DNA from: a virus
Lineage: Duplodnaviria; Heunggongvirae; Uroviricota; Caudoviricetes
IMG/VR virus record: IMGVR_UViG_3300033463_000003
Strand: one strand, 5' to 3'
Length of the DNA: 64,000 nucleotides
Part shown: positions 15,197-26,052 of the stretch, one piece after another
Numbering within the stretch: position 1 is the first letter of the stretch
Layout: each line of letters begins with the position of its first letter
Notes under the pieces: model-generated
Told to the model about the DNA's origin: nothing
The model's database searches: none
What the model saw: only the letters and a program-made list of their open reading frames with translations
Translations under genes and position numbers: made by a program

Positions 15197-15775
15197 ATGT
15201 TAACAGATGAAAAGAAATATTCAAACAAAGTTAAATTTATTGAGCTATTAACGAAACTTAATATTGATTTAACTGAACTTACAAAATACTTAGATGCTAT
15301 CAATTATTTTGATAAACCATATACGGCTCAATATACAAGAGCTTATTCTGGTGGCTTATGTGAACAAGCATTAATGCTTTGTCATGAACTTGGTGTTTTA
15401 TGTAATGCATATTTCCCAGGTAAGTATTCAGAAGAAGATGTAATTAAAGTTGCATTATTTAAAGATTTATATAGAGCTGAAATGTATGAACCATATTCCA
15501 GAAATGTCAAAAATGATGAAACTGGTGAATGGGAAAAAGTGCTAGCTTATAGAACTAAAGAAGAACGCCCAACATTCGGTGATTTAGGTTTTAGTTCATT
15601 TATGATTGCAAGAAAGTTTATTGACTTAAATGATGAACAAATTGAAGCAATTTGCCATTCATCTTTTAGGGATGTATATACAAGTGACATTCATGATATT
15701 TTAAAGTCATACCCGTTAACAACTTTAACGCATATGGCAGAAATGGTCACAAACTATTTAACTGTAGAGGAATAA
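15197..15775 (+). CDS. HD-domain-like protein with lost His ligands
   Basis: PYTAQYTRAYSGGLCEQ and ALFKDLYR match the layout of HHxxxGGLxxH / LLHDxxK. Confidence 0.6.
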   Translation: MLTDEKKYSNKVKFIELLTKLNIDLTELTKYLDAINYFDKPYTAQYTRAYSGGLCEQALMLCHELGVLCNAYFPGKYSEEDVIKVALFKDLYRAEMYEPYSRNVKNDETGEWEKVLAYRTKEERPTFGDLGFSSFMIARKFIDLNDEQIEAICHSSFRDVYTSDIHDILKSYPLTTLTHMAEMVTNYLTVEE

Positions 15776-15778
15776 TCT

Positions 15779-16102
15779 ATGCCAAAAAAAGAAACAGAAC
15801 ATTTATTACTTGATTTAATTAAAGTAAAAGATGTCTGGGGAAAATTGAGCACACTAGTGCCTGAAGAAGGATTAGCTATTTATGCAAAGCTTCAAGATGA
15901 AGATCCTGAAATTATTGCATACATTAGACCAGACAAAATAACTAAAAATTGTTATATTAGGACCGTTACAGATAGACTTCAAACATATATCTGTGATTAT
16001 CCACGTTTTTGTGAATTCATAGAACTTGTTGATTTAGCTTATGACACATTAAACTATGAAATTCCACTTAATGAAAATATCAAAGCAATCGTAGCTGATT
16101 AG
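15779..16102 (+). CDS. Hypothetical protein
   Basis: 107 aa, GAGG SD. Confidence 0.75.
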   Translation: MPKKETEHLLLDLIKVKDVWGKLSTLVPEEGLAIYAKLQDEDPEIIAYIRPDKITKNCYIRTVTDRLQTYICDYPRFCEFIELVDLAYDTLNYEIPLNENIKAIVAD

Positions 16103-16195
16103 CTAGCAGCTATAAATTAAATAAAGGCGAAGAAATTCGCCTTTTTATATTGTATAATATATTGTAGTAATTTGCCCACAAGGAGGCTAATATAG

Positions 16196-17230
16196 ATGAA
16201 ATGACTTTTATTTACAGATAATCATTATTCAACAAGCTCCTCAATTATTAGAACAAGAGGTAATAAATATAGTGCTAGAATTGAAAACCAATTAGATTCA
16301 CTTAATTGGATTGAACGTTATGCAGAAGAACATAATATTGATGCTATTGCTTGCCTCGGTGATTTTTTTGATAAACCTGTTTTAACCGATGAAGAAATAA
16401 CAGGCCTAAGAGGAATTAAATGGAGTAATATTCAACATTATTTCTTAATTGGCAATCATGAATCAAGTTTTAATGATTTAGTTTTTAGTTCAACAACTGT
16501 TTTACAAAGAGCTAATACAAAAATTATTGATACACCTACAACAATTAAATTAGGTGATACACAAGTACTATTTTTACCTTATATTATTGAAAGTAATAGA
16601 AAGCCTTTAACTGAAACATTATCTTTTGATGCCTCAGTTAAAAAGCATATTGTATTATCACATAATGATATTAAAGGTGTTCAAATGGGAAGCATTACAT
16701 CACAAACAGGTGTTGATATTGATGAAATTGATAAAAACTGTGACTTATTTATTAATGGTCATTTACATAATGGTGGCTATATTACACCTAAAATTTTAAA
16801 CCTTGGCAATTTAACTGGACAAAACTTTGGTGAAAATGCTTTATTATATAAACATCAAATTGCTATTTTAGACACAGATACATTAGAAATTACTCTTATT
16901 GAAAACCCATATGCTCTTAACGTTTATAAGCTTGAAATTTTTGATAAGAAAGATTTAGCTGTATTTGATCAACTTAAAGATAATGCTGCAATATCAGTAA
17001 AATGTTTAAATACACTTGTTGATGATGTCAAAGAAGCAATCGCAAAGTTTAAAGAAGCACATACAACATTAACTACAAGATTGGTTGTTATTAATAGAAG
17101 TACTGAAGTTATGGCCGATAGACTTGATGAATTAACTGTTGACCACTTAGCAAAGTTTATTGAATTCTGTAAAGATAAAATTAATAATACAACTGTTTTA
17201 GCAACTGAATTGGCTGAGGTTTGTAAATAA
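16196..17230 (+). CDS. sbcD: SbcD/Mre11 (T4 gp47-like) nuclease; TGA=Trp at codon 3
   Basis: AGGAGG SD; MK(W)LLFTDNH, LGDFFD, GNHE, SHND, NGHLH in one frame. Confidence 0.9.
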
Positions 17231-17610
17231 TGAAAATATCAAAAGCATTTAGAAAAAAGTATAAAAAAATATGTAAATATTACGAAAATGCTTTTAAAGT
17301 ACAAGCAAAATTGAAAAAAACATATATTTATTATAATTTGGAATATGATGCATTATGTTTACAATATTTACGTGATTATTGCCTACTTTCTTACGACTTA
17401 ACGACTGATAAAGTGAAAGCTGAGCTTGTTTCTGCCTTACAGCTTACAGTTCAAGAATATATGATTTACTTAACACATTTACAAAACTGTGCATTTGCTG
17501 AAGAAGCTGAAGTTAGAAAGCAAGAAATGGAAGAAGCATACAAACACTTAGCAGTTATGCAGTCAATAATAGCAGCACATATAAAGGAGTTTACATTAGC
17601 CTATGAATAG
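17230..17610 (+). CDS. Hypothetical protein
   Basis: 126 aa, coupled by TAATG overlap. Confidence 0.75.
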   Translation: MKISKAFRKKYKKICKYYENAFKVQAKLKKTYIYYNLEYDALCLQYLRDYCLLSYDLTTDKVKAELVSALQLTVQEYMIYLTHLQNCAFAEEAEVRKQEMEEAYKHLAVMQSIIAAHIKEFTLAYE

Positions 17611-19474
17611 TTTAATTTATAATAAAATTATATTACATAACTTTGGAAGCTATGGCCATGCAGAAGTAGAATTAAGAAATAAAGGCTTCTGTTTAGTTTC
17701 AGGTAAAAATAATTATAAAAAAGATAACGCCCTTTCTAATGGTTCAGGAAAGAGCTTTTTGTGGTCTGCTATTTGTTATGCTTTAACAGGTGAAACTATT
17801 GGCGGCTTAACTTCGCATCTTAGAAACATTAATATTGAAGATGATGATACTTGTTATGTAACTTTATATTTAACAGTAGATGGTTCAGACTATATTATTA
17901 CACGCCATCATACACCAAAATCTGACTTAAAAATTATTAAAGATGGAAATGATGAATCTGGTAAAGGTATTCGTGAAAGTGAAAAGCACTTAGGTGAATT
18001 ACTTCCAGACTTAACTAAGGATTTAATTGCCTCAACTATTATTATTGGCCAAGGAATGCCGCATAAATTTTCAGCATTTAGCCCAAGTGGTCGTAAGGAA
18101 TTACTTGAAAAATTAACTAAATCTGATTTTATGATTGAAGATATTAAAAATAGAATTCAAGCCCGTCAATTAGAATTAGATAAACAAGTTAGAACATATG
18201 AAGATAGTATTCTTGTAAATAAAACACAATTAGGAACTGCCCAAAAAGCATTAGAAACAGCCCAAAATGAATTAGCTGAATTTAAGCCTATTGATTATAA
18301 TGCTGAAATAAAAATTCATACAGATAAATTAGCAGAGCTTAAAAAAGATCTTGCAGCTAATACTAAAGAGCTTTCTGCTGCTGAAAAAATTGTAGAAGAA
18401 TTAAATAAAAAGATTTTAGAGCTTACAAGTCAAAAAGCTGGTGAAGTTTCCTTATTAGCTGAAAACTATAATAAAAAATATCGCGAACTTATTGGTGAAA
18501 AGTCCCAGGTAGATGCAGAGCTTTCAAGTGTTAAAAAAGAAATTGCTCATGTAGAAGCAATGCCTGATGTTTGTCCAACCTGTAAGCGACCATTTGAGCC
18601 TGGTTATAAGCCAGATATTACAGATAAGAAAAAGCTTGTTGAAACATTAACCAAAAAAGTTTCAGCATGTAGTAATAAAATAACTGACTGCAATAAGAAA
18701 AATGCTCAATATACTACAGAAATTAACCAAAGATATGATGCAGATATTTCTGCAGCAAATACAAAGTTAACTGAAGCAAAAAAAGAAATTACAAGATTAA
18801 AAAATAATGATACTGATATTTCACACTTCATTAACTTAGAAGAAGATGAAATTAGAACATTAAGCTTCAAAAAAGAAAATGATACAAAACATTTAACAAC
18901 ATTAGCTTTAAACATTAAGAAGTATGAAAAAGATATTGCTGACTTAGAAAAAGCAATTCAAATTACAGACCAAGCTAATGCTGAAATAGCTGAACATTTA
19001 GCCGTTTTACGTAAGATGGATACATTAGTTAAACGTGATTTTAGAGGCTACTTATTAACTAATATTATTACATATTTAGACAAAAGAGCAAAAGATTATA
19101 GTGAATTAGTTTTTGGTACACGTGAACTTAATGTTTATCTTGACGGTAATGCTCTTGATATTTCCTACTGTAATAAATTAATGGAAAACTTATCAGGTGG
19201 TGAAAAACAAAGAGTAGATATTATTCTTCAATTAGCTCTTCGTGACCTATTAAGTGTATATTTAAACTATAGTGCAAATATTCTTGTTCTTGATGAAATC
19301 TTTGATAACTTAGACAGAGTTGCAACAGATAGAATTCTAAACTTAATTTCATCTGAGCTAAAAGATATTGAAAGCATCTTTATTATTTCACACCATGCTG
19401 ATTCATTAAATATTGGCTATGATTCTGAAATACTTGTAGTCAAAGATGAAAATGGAATAAGTGCAGTAATTTAG
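17603..19474 (+). CDS. sbcC: SbcC/Rad50 (T4 gp46-like) ATPase
   Basis: NGSGKS Walker A, coiled coil with CPTC hook, LSGGE, LVLDE..DNLD, IISH. Confidence 0.95.
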   Translation: MNSLIYNKIILHNFGSYGHAEVELRNKGFCLVSGKNNYKKDNALSNGSGKSFLWSAICYALTGETIGGLTSHLRNINIEDDDTCYVTLYLTVDGSDYIITRHHTPKSDLKIIKDGNDESGKGIRESEKHLGELLPDLTKDLIASTIIIGQGMPHKFSAFSPSGRKELLEKLTKSDFMIEDIKNRIQARQLELDKQVRTYEDSILVNKTQLGTAQKALETAQNELAEFKPIDYNAEIKIHTDKLAELKKDLAANTKELSAAEKIVEELNKKILELTSQKAGEVSLLAENYNKKYRELIGEKSQVDAELSSVKKEIAHVEAMPDVCPTCKRPFEPGYKPDITDKKKLVETLTKKVSACSNKITDCNKKNAQYTTEINQRYDADISAANTKLTEAKKEITRLKNNDTDISHFINLEEDEIRTLSFKKENDTKHLTTLALNIKKYEKDIADLEKAIQITDQANAEIAEHLAVLRKMDTLVKRDFRGYLLTNIITYLDKRAKDYSELVFGTRELNVYLDGNALDISYCNKLMENLSGGEKQRVDIILQLALRDLLSVYLNYSANILVLDEIFDNLDRVATDRILNLISSELKDIESIFIISHHADSLNIGYDSEILVVKDENGISAVI

Positions 19475-19546
19475 CTAAAAAATTATTTTTTGCATTTTAT
19501 TGTATAATATAATAAATAGATATTTATTAACGGGAGTGATTAAAAT

Positions 19547-20359
19547 ATGATCTGAAAAAAACCGGGCGACTTAAAATATACTGAGCTCTGTATGTATATA
19601 GATGCTAACATCCCAAAACTTGCTGAAGAGGGCAAGTATCCTGATGTTGAAAATACTATATATAATTATCTTTGGCTACTTGTTAAAGCATTAGCCATTA
19701 AAAAACGTATGTTCCAAAAGTTTGAAGATTATGATGGCTATGCTTTTTATTCTGCAAGTCGTTTGTTCTTCGCTATTAGAAAAAATTATCAAAACCAAGG
19801 CAAAATAATTAAAGGAAAAAAGATTAGGCCAATTAAATCTTCCTTAAACTATACAAAAGCTCTTTTATACCCAATGAAAGTTGAGTACCAAAGAAAAGAG
19901 TATAATGAAATTATTTCAGAAGAATTTACATCTAAAAAGTTTGATGCATTCAATTACAAAGAGCAATTAAAATCATTGGCTGCTGCTTCACAAGATTCTG
20001 CTGCATTAACAGTTGAATATATCAGGGATACTGTTATAAGCTGTCCTAAGATTATTGATGAAATATTAGCCAGCTCACCATTTGCACCAGATTCATTAGA
20101 CTATAAGAAACTTAAGATTTCATTATTGCTTAACTGCGTATATAGTTTAAAAACGAAAAATCAATTAACATATGATTTAAATACAATCTTCCTCTGGAAA
20201 CTACCAAAATCAATGGCAAGTTATGTGAAGGTATTAATTAAAGAATTTTATACCAAGTTGAAAAATGATTTACTCGACTGCTATGAAGTTCCTGACGATC
20301 GTATTTTAGAAAGATTAATAGCCAATCCAGAAGGAGACTTTGTAGATTATGAAGACTAG
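19547..20359 (+). CDS. Putative divergent (gp55-like) late sigma factor; TGA=Trp at codon 3
   Basis: GGGAG SD then ATG ATC TGA AAA in frame with the 19592 ORF; helical sigma-region-2-like pattern and position next to gp46/47 (inference). Confidence 0.4.
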
Positions 20360-20750
20360 TATCAGCGCAAATTTAAACAGTTTACATTTATCAGATGTTT
20401 ATTCCTTAATGCTCTTCTTGCTATATAAAATTCAAGATGTTCCAGAATATGCAGTATTAAGTGAATTATGTTATCTACTTGATGGCAGCAATATTACAAG
20501 ATTATTTACATACTTTGCAGGCAAAACAATTACAATTCCAACAGAAGAAGAATTTGTAATTATGTCAGATGCACTATTATTATATCAATATATTAATGTA
20601 GATGGTTTATCATTTATAGCTGCTCATGAAAAAATTACTGGCTTAACTGCTAAACAACGTGAAACAGTTACTGAGCTATACTTAAAAATACTTCCAATTA
20701 TTAGCGAGTATAATATTAATAGATCAGGAGTTCAAAAAAATGCCTTCTAA
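20349..20750 (+). CDS. Hypothetical, possibly Mor/C-like transcription regulator
   Basis: LFTYFAGKTITIP resembles the Mor-family FGGxxIYIP motif. Confidence 0.45.
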   Translation: MKTSISANLNSLHLSDVYSLMLFLLYKIQDVPEYAVLSELCYLLDGSNITRLFTYFAGKTITIPTEEEFVIMSDALLLYQYINVDGLSFIAAHEKITGLTAKQRETVTELYLKILPIISEYNINRSGVQKNAF

Positions 20751-20976
20751 AGAATATAAAATACAAAAGTTTGATGAAGCAAAAAGAACATTTGAAACTC
20801 GCTTATTATTTATTGAAAGTATCTTCGCAAACAAATATACTAAATATGATATTATGGCAAGCTGCATTGAACATAAGCTTGACCAATCATTTAAAGCCTA
20901 TATCAAAGAGTTAGAAAATAGCTCTTGGGTATTATATGGAAAAGATCCACTTAAAGTTTTGAAAGCAATTGACTAA
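20740..20976 (+). CDS. Hypothetical protein
   Basis: 78 aa, overlapping start with AGGAG SD. Confidence 0.7.
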   Translation: MPSKEYKIQKFDEAKRTFETRLLFIESIFANKYTKYDIMASCIEHKLDQSFKAYIKELENSSWVLYGKDPLKVLKAID

Positions 20977-20988
20977 GGAGTACAAAAT

Positions 20989-21315
20989 ATGGTTACACAA
21001 TCCAACATTATTGCAGATTTAAGTTCTGCCACAAAGGTTCCAAACAAAGCATTAACAGAATTAATTAGTAAAGAAATTCTTTGTATTGGAAGTGCTGTTC
21101 ATGATGCCTTAATTAATAAAGATGAAGCTATTGTGTTAAATATTGGCCTTGGAACATTAAGTATTAGTTTAACTGATATGCAATGCAAATTTATTCCGGG
21201 CAAAGAACTAAAGGCTATAATTAAAAGGAGCATCACAGACAAAATTGACCCATTAGAATTAGTTTTAGAACAAACACTAATTGAAAAGCTAATGAAAATT
21301 TGTGATGAAAATTAA
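20989..21315 (+). CDS. HU/IHF-like DNA-binding protein (divergent)
   Basis: Two N-terminal helices, then IGLGTLSI and FIPGKELK. Confidence 0.5.
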   Translation: MVTQSNIIADLSSATKVPNKALTELISKEILCIGSAVHDALINKDEAIVLNIGLGTLSISLTDMQCKFIPGKELKAIIKRSITDKIDPLELVLEQTLIEKLMKICDEN

Positions 21316-21317
21316 AA

Positions 21318-21893
21318 ATGGCTGAAGAAGAAAAGAAAGTTGAACAAATAGAAGAAACACCAGCTGATGTTACTACAGCATTAGTTGCTAATACAAAAAA
21401 TTTAAATGAAGAATCACTTGAAATAATTAACCAAATTATTGCTGAAAATGATGTTAATAAAGCAAAAGATTTAACTTATTTATTTAATATTAATCAAAAT
21501 AAGAAAACTATTGTTAGAGTTAATAAATTAAGTGATCTCTTAGATGTAATTACAGAGCAAGCAATTACAAGATTTTCTGAACGTCCTGATGAAATTTCTA
21601 ATAAAGAATTACTTGATGGCTTAAAAGTTGTCCAAGATATCATTGAGCGTGGACAAAAGCAAGTTAGTGGCGCCACAGAAGTTGCTCCATTAATTCAAAT
21701 TAACCAACAAGATAACTCAGTTAATGTAAAAGATGGCCAAACAAACTTAAGCCGTGAATCTCGTGAACGTGTTAAAAATGCTGTTATGGATATTTTACAT
21801 GGTATTGCAACAGGTCAAGATACAACTATAATTGATAGCTCTGAAGAAGAAGTTGTTGATGCTAATTATACTTCCAAAGAGGAGGACAAATAA
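21318..21893 (+). CDS. Hypothetical helical protein (terminase small subunit candidate)
   Basis: 191 aa; helices followed by a low-complexity IQINQQDNSVNV strand; function is weak inference. Confidence 0.4.
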   Translation: MAEEEKKVEQIEETPADVTTALVANTKNLNEESLEIINQIIAENDVNKAKDLTYLFNINQNKKTIVRVNKLSDLLDVITEQAITRFSERPDEISNKELLDGLKVVQDIIERGQKQVSGATEVAPLIQINQQDNSVNVKDGQTNLSRESRERVKNAVMDILHGIATGQDTTIIDSSEEEVVDANYTSKEEDK

Positions 21894-22190
21894 ATGATTG
21901 ATGATATTACTGCTATACTAAAAAGGCTTGACTTAAAAGCTGATGGAAAATATGAAAATCATTTTTATGTTATTCCCCTAAAAGATAGTAATGAATATGC
22001 AAGAATGTATACACTTCTTGACGAAAATGCTATCAATACAGAATATCCAAATTTTCAAACAAATAGCACAAAATCTACTACAAAAGTAACTAATTATTTT
22101 GAATTAGATGAAAGCAATGTTACTTATAATATTTTCTTAATTGCTGATTTTGATAATGATAAATATTATATTAAAATAGGCGAAAAATAA
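21894..22190 (+). CDS. Hypothetical protein
   Basis: 98 aa, GGAGG SD. Confidence 0.75.
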   Translation: MIDDITAILKRLDLKADGKYENHFYVIPLKDSNEYARMYTLLDENAINTEYPNFQTNSTKSTTKVTNYFELDESNVTYNIFLIADFDNDKYYIKIGEK

Positions 22191-22552
22191 TGATATTTGA
22201 CTTTGATTTACGTGAACAATATGCTCAATCATTAACTATTGCAGATTTTGGAAATACTTGTATTCAAGGTATTGATGGTGAAGGTAATGAGCATTATTTA
22301 ATTCTTAAAACAGTTATGGGAAAAACTCATATTTTAGAATTTGGCCCTATCTGTCCTGATATTGAAATGCTCGTTCCAACATTTAAAATATATTATTCAA
22401 AAATGACCTATAGTGAAAAGAAGCTATTTAAAGAAATTGATCTATTCTTAAATGATAAAAAGAAAGGTTTAACAGAAGCTAAGGAAATAGATATTGAAGA
22501 AGGGTTATCCTATATTCCAGCAATATCAATGGCATTCTTAAATAGTCTATAA
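22190..22552 (+). CDS. Hypothetical protein
   Basis: 120 aa, TAATG coupling. Confidence 0.75.
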   Translation: MIFDFDLREQYAQSLTIADFGNTCIQGIDGEGNEHYLILKTVMGKTHILEFGPICPDIEMLVPTFKIYYSKMTYSEKKLFKEIDLFLNDKKKGLTEAKEIDIEEGLSYIPAISMAFLNSL

Positions 22553-22566
22553 TTGAAAGGATTTTT

Positions 22567-22935
22567 ATGGCATTAATTGATGTAAAAGAATATTATCTTA
22601 AAATGTTTCAACAATATGTCGAGTTAAAAAATGATATGGCAGATTTTGAACAAGCATTTAAAGATGGACATATTACTGAAGATAAGTTAGTTGCTGTTCA
22701 AGATGACTTAGCACAAGTTAAAATAAATTGTGATAGATTAGCTTATATCATGTTTCTTATTGAAGCACCTCGAAGAAAAGCTAAAAAAGAAAAGTATAAA
22801 AAAGCTAACAGTGATCTTGTTAAAGCCTTTGAAGAGCTACATGCTGATGAGCAGTCTGTAATTGATGAAAACACAAGCCTGTTAAAACACCTTAGAGCAG
22901 AGCTTACAAAACTAACAGAAGAGGATAAAAAATAA
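22567..22935 (+). CDS. Hypothetical coiled-coil protein
   Basis: 122 aa, AAAGGA SD, followed by a terminator hairpin. Confidence 0.75.
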   Translation: MALIDVKEYYLKMFQQYVELKNDMADFEQAFKDGHITEDKLVAVQDDLAQVKINCDRLAYIMFLIEAPRRKAKKEKYKKANSDLVKAFEELHADEQSVIDENTSLLKHLRAELTKLTEEDKK

Positions 22936-23056
22936 GATTATTCTTGGGTGAAAACTAAAAACTAACCCAAGAATAATTTTTTTAATAATTTAATAATTTA
23001 ATAATTTATTAAAATTTATTGTATAATAATATAGTATATAAATTGGAGTGTTTTAG

Positions 23057-23785
23057 ATGTCAAAAATTATAACAGATATTGAATCATTAAAAACACCAGT
23101 TAAACCACTTGAGTTTTTAACTGATAAGGGTGTTGAAAAAGAAGAAGGGCTTTCTATTATTGCCCAATTAAAAGAAGAATTGAATGCAGATGAACATTTG
23201 CTTGCTTTATCTGCTCCACAAATTGGTATTAATGCAAGAATTTTTTGTATCAAATTTAATGATGTAATTAAAACTTTTATTAATCCAATTATTACAAAGA
23301 AGTCTGGAAGTATTATTGCCCCTGAAACTTGTGCTAGTATGCCTGGTAAAGAAATTGTAATTAATAGACCAGAAGAAGTTACTGTTGTTTATTATACAGA
23401 TGAATTTAAATATGAGGATAACAAGCTCTTAGGGCCTGCTGCTAGAATTTTTGATCAGCAAGCACAGCTTTTAGATGGTGTTACACCAGATGAACTTGGC
23501 CTAGTTTCAGATGTTAAAGAAGATGGTTCTTTATATGATGCAACTGATGAAGAAATGCAAGAAATTATTGCATATTATAAAGATACATATATTCCTACAT
23601 TATCTAAAAAATATAAAGAAGCTATTGAAAGCCACCCAGAGCTTGCACAAAGATATAATAATTTAAAAGCAACTGAAGAAGTTATTAATGGTCGTATTAC
23701 CGTTGTTGAAGATACACCAAAACTTAATAGAGCAACCAGAAGAGCGCTAGCTAAGAGACAAAAACGTGCTGGAGGGAAGAAATAA
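23057..23785 (+). CDS. Peptide deformylase-like protein, HExxH lost
   Basis: LALSAPQIG, FINP, ETCASMPG present; HExDH replaced by DQQAQLLDG. Confidence 0.8.
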   Translation: MSKIITDIESLKTPVKPLEFLTDKGVEKEEGLSIIAQLKEELNADEHLLALSAPQIGINARIFCIKFNDVIKTFINPIITKKSGSIIAPETCASMPGKEIVINRPEEVTVVYYTDEFKYEDNKLLGPAARIFDQQAQLLDGVTPDELGLVSDVKEDGSLYDATDEEMQEIIAYYKDTYIPTLSKKYKEAIESHPELAQRYNNLKATEEVINGRITVVEDTPKLNRATRRALAKRQKRAGGKK

Positions 23786-24006
23786 TGAAAGAAGAATACA
23801 TTAAAAATTTCAACAAAGTAATTGTCGGTATTATTCAAACTGATGATGAAGGAAACCAAACAGGTAGAATGTTTAATAGCAGAAAAATTGTTGGTTATTA
23901 TACTGTAAAAGATAACCGCACAAGAAATTTTATGCTTCAAATTGTATCTGAAGGAAATACTCTTGCCAACTTAATTTATGAAGAATTAAATAAGGGAGGC
24001 AAATAA
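23785..24006 (+). CDS. Hypothetical protein
   Basis: 73 aa, TAATG coupling. Confidence 0.7.
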   Translation: MKEEYIKNFNKVIVGIIQTDDEGNQTGRMFNSRKIVGYYTVKDNRTRNFMLQIVSEGNTLANLIYEELNKGGK

Positions 24007-24007
24007 T

Positions 24008-24172
24008 ATGGAAAAGAAAATTATTAGTTTAGAAATTCCAGGCACATTACGTGAAGCCCTTCGTATTGAAGCTTTTAAACGTGATGTTACTATTTCAGCG
24101 CTTATAAGGCAAATTCTTGAAGAAAAATTACAAGATACTATTAAGGAGTGCAATGATAAAATTGCTAAATAA
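24008..24172 (+). CDS. Ribbon-helix-helix (CopG/Arc-like) regulator, not in ORF track
   Basis: GGGAGG SD; MEKKIISLEIPGTLREALRIEAFKRDVTISALIRQILEEKL. Confidence 0.8.
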   Translation: MEKKIISLEIPGTLREALRIEAFKRDVTISALIRQILEEKLQDTIKECNDKIAK

Positions 24173-24189
24173 TTATTAGGAGGTACTTT

Positions 24190-26037
24190 ATGGCAGAAGA
24201 TTTAAAAAGTAAAAAGCTTCTAGTAATTGTTGAATCACCAAACAAAGTAGCCCACATTAAAGAATATCTTAAAAATGCTGGTTATAATGTAAGTGTTACT
24301 GCTTCTGTTGGCCATATTATGCACTTAGCTGATGGCGGAAGCTACTATAACTCTGGCATTAGTCCAAGCAAAGATTTTGAACTAAACTTGGAAGTGGCCG
24401 ATGATAAGCATCAAGTTGTAAATAAACTAAAAGATGCTATTAAAACTGCTGATTTAGTTTATTTAATGACCGACCCAGACCGTGAAGGGTATGTTATAAG
24501 TTGGAGCTTGGTGAAGTTTTTAAAGATCCCAAAAACTAAATATAGACGTGCTGTAACACATGAAATTACTCCTAAAGCAGTAGTTCATGCTATTGAAAAT
24601 CCTATTCCTATGGATGATAATTTAGTTGATGCTGGTTTAGCTAGAATGACACTTGATAAAATGATTGGCTACAGACTAAGCCCAATTTCTAAAACTTATG
24701 TTGGTGCTAAATCTGTTGGTAGATGTCAATCAGTTGGCCTTAAACTTATTGCAGATCGTGAACGTGAAATTCAAAACTTTAAGCCTGAAACATATTTTGA
24801 TATTTATCTAAACTTTGTTAAAAATAATACAAAATTTAAAGCAAAATATGCTGGCAATGAAAAAATTGGAAATATAGATCACTTAAAATCACAAAAAGAA
24901 GTTGATGCTGTTAAAAAGAATTGTACAGGCAAATATGTTATTGAAGCTATTAAATCTAAAACAAAAGAAGAGGCTCCAAAACCACCTTTCTGTACTGCAA
25001 CATTCCAACAAGAAGCTGCAAGTAAATTAAACCTAAAAGTTAAAGATGCTATGGCTATTGCTCAAAAACTATTTGAAGCTGGCTCAATTACTTATATGCG
25101 TACTGATGATACAGAATTTGCTCCTGAATTTATCCCTATCCTACAAAATTATATTGAAACTACTTATGGTAAAAAAGCATGGACTAAACCTCGTGTTGGT
25201 AAGAAACAAGAAACAGCCCAAGCTGGCCATGAGTGTTTAAGAATTACAGACCCAGCTGTTACACCAGAAAAGTATGCAAAACTTGACCCAAATGCTTTAA
25301 ATCAAAAAGTTTATAAGCTTATTTGGCAAAGAACTATTGCTGCAGCTCTTCCAAATGCTAAGATTTCTGAAACACAATACTTAATAGATAATAATGGTGA
25401 AAAATTTATCTTAACCTCTAATGAAATTACAAGTTTAGGTTATCGTGAAGTATATAGCTATAAAGATGACGATGACAAAGAGGAAAATGGAGTTGTTAAA
25501 GAAACATTTACCAAAGGCGAAGAACTTAAAAAATGTTCCCTTGATGATGTTAAAAAAGAAACTAGACCACCAGCAAGATATACAGAAGCTACTTTAATTA
25601 AAAAGCTGCAAGCTACAAATGTTGGTCGTCCATCTACATATGCCACAATTGTTGAAACTGTTTTAAGTCAATCAAGAGGCTATGCTGAACTTCAAGATAA
25701 AGCTATTGTTCCAACTGAAAGAGGTATGCAATTAGCTGCTTTCTTAGATAGAACATTTAATAATATTATTAACATAGATTATACTAAAAACATGGAAGAA
25801 AATTTAGATAAAATTGCTGATGGCAAGATGAAAAAGCTAGATTTTCTTAAAGAATTCTATAATACACTTGAAAATACAATTAAAAACAGCACTGAAATAA
25901 AAGCTGCTTCACAAACAACTGATGAGGTATGTCCATTATGTGGTGCACCAATGGTTATTAGAAGAAATAAATATGGCAACTTATTCTTAGGTTGTTCAAA
26001 GTATCCAAAGTGTAAGGGCATTAAAAATATAAACTAA
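24190..26037 (+). CDS. topA: DNA topoisomerase IA
   Basis: VIVESPNK, DPDREG, SVGRCQS, ITYMRTD, GRPSTYA, C-terminal Zn ribbon. Confidence 0.96.
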   Translation: MAEDLKSKKLLVIVESPNKVAHIKEYLKNAGYNVSVTASVGHIMHLADGGSYYNSGISPSKDFELNLEVADDKHQVVNKLKDAIKTADLVYLMTDPDREGYVISWSLVKFLKIPKTKYRRAVTHEITPKAVVHAIENPIPMDDNLVDAGLARMTLDKMIGYRLSPISKTYVGAKSVGRCQSVGLKLIADREREIQNFKPETYFDIYLNFVKNNTKFKAKYAGNEKIGNIDHLKSQKEVDAVKKNCTGKYVIEAIKSKTKEEAPKPPFCTATFQQEAASKLNLKVKDAMAIAQKLFEAGSITYMRTDDTEFAPEFIPILQNYIETTYGKKAWTKPRVGKKQETAQAGHECLRITDPAVTPEKYAKLDPNALNQKVYKLIWQRTIAAALPNAKISETQYLIDNNGEKFILTSNEITSLGYREVYSYKDDDDKEENGVVKETFTKGEELKKCSLDDVKKETRPPARYTEATLIKKLQATNVGRPSTYATIVETVLSQSRGYAELQDKAIVPTERGMQLAAFLDRTFNNIINIDYTKNMEENLDKIADGKMKKLDFLKEFYNTLENTIKNSTEIKAASQTTDEVCPLCGAPMVIRRNKYGNLFLGCSKYPKCKGIKNIN

Positions 26038-26052
26038 TATTTTATTTTAATA

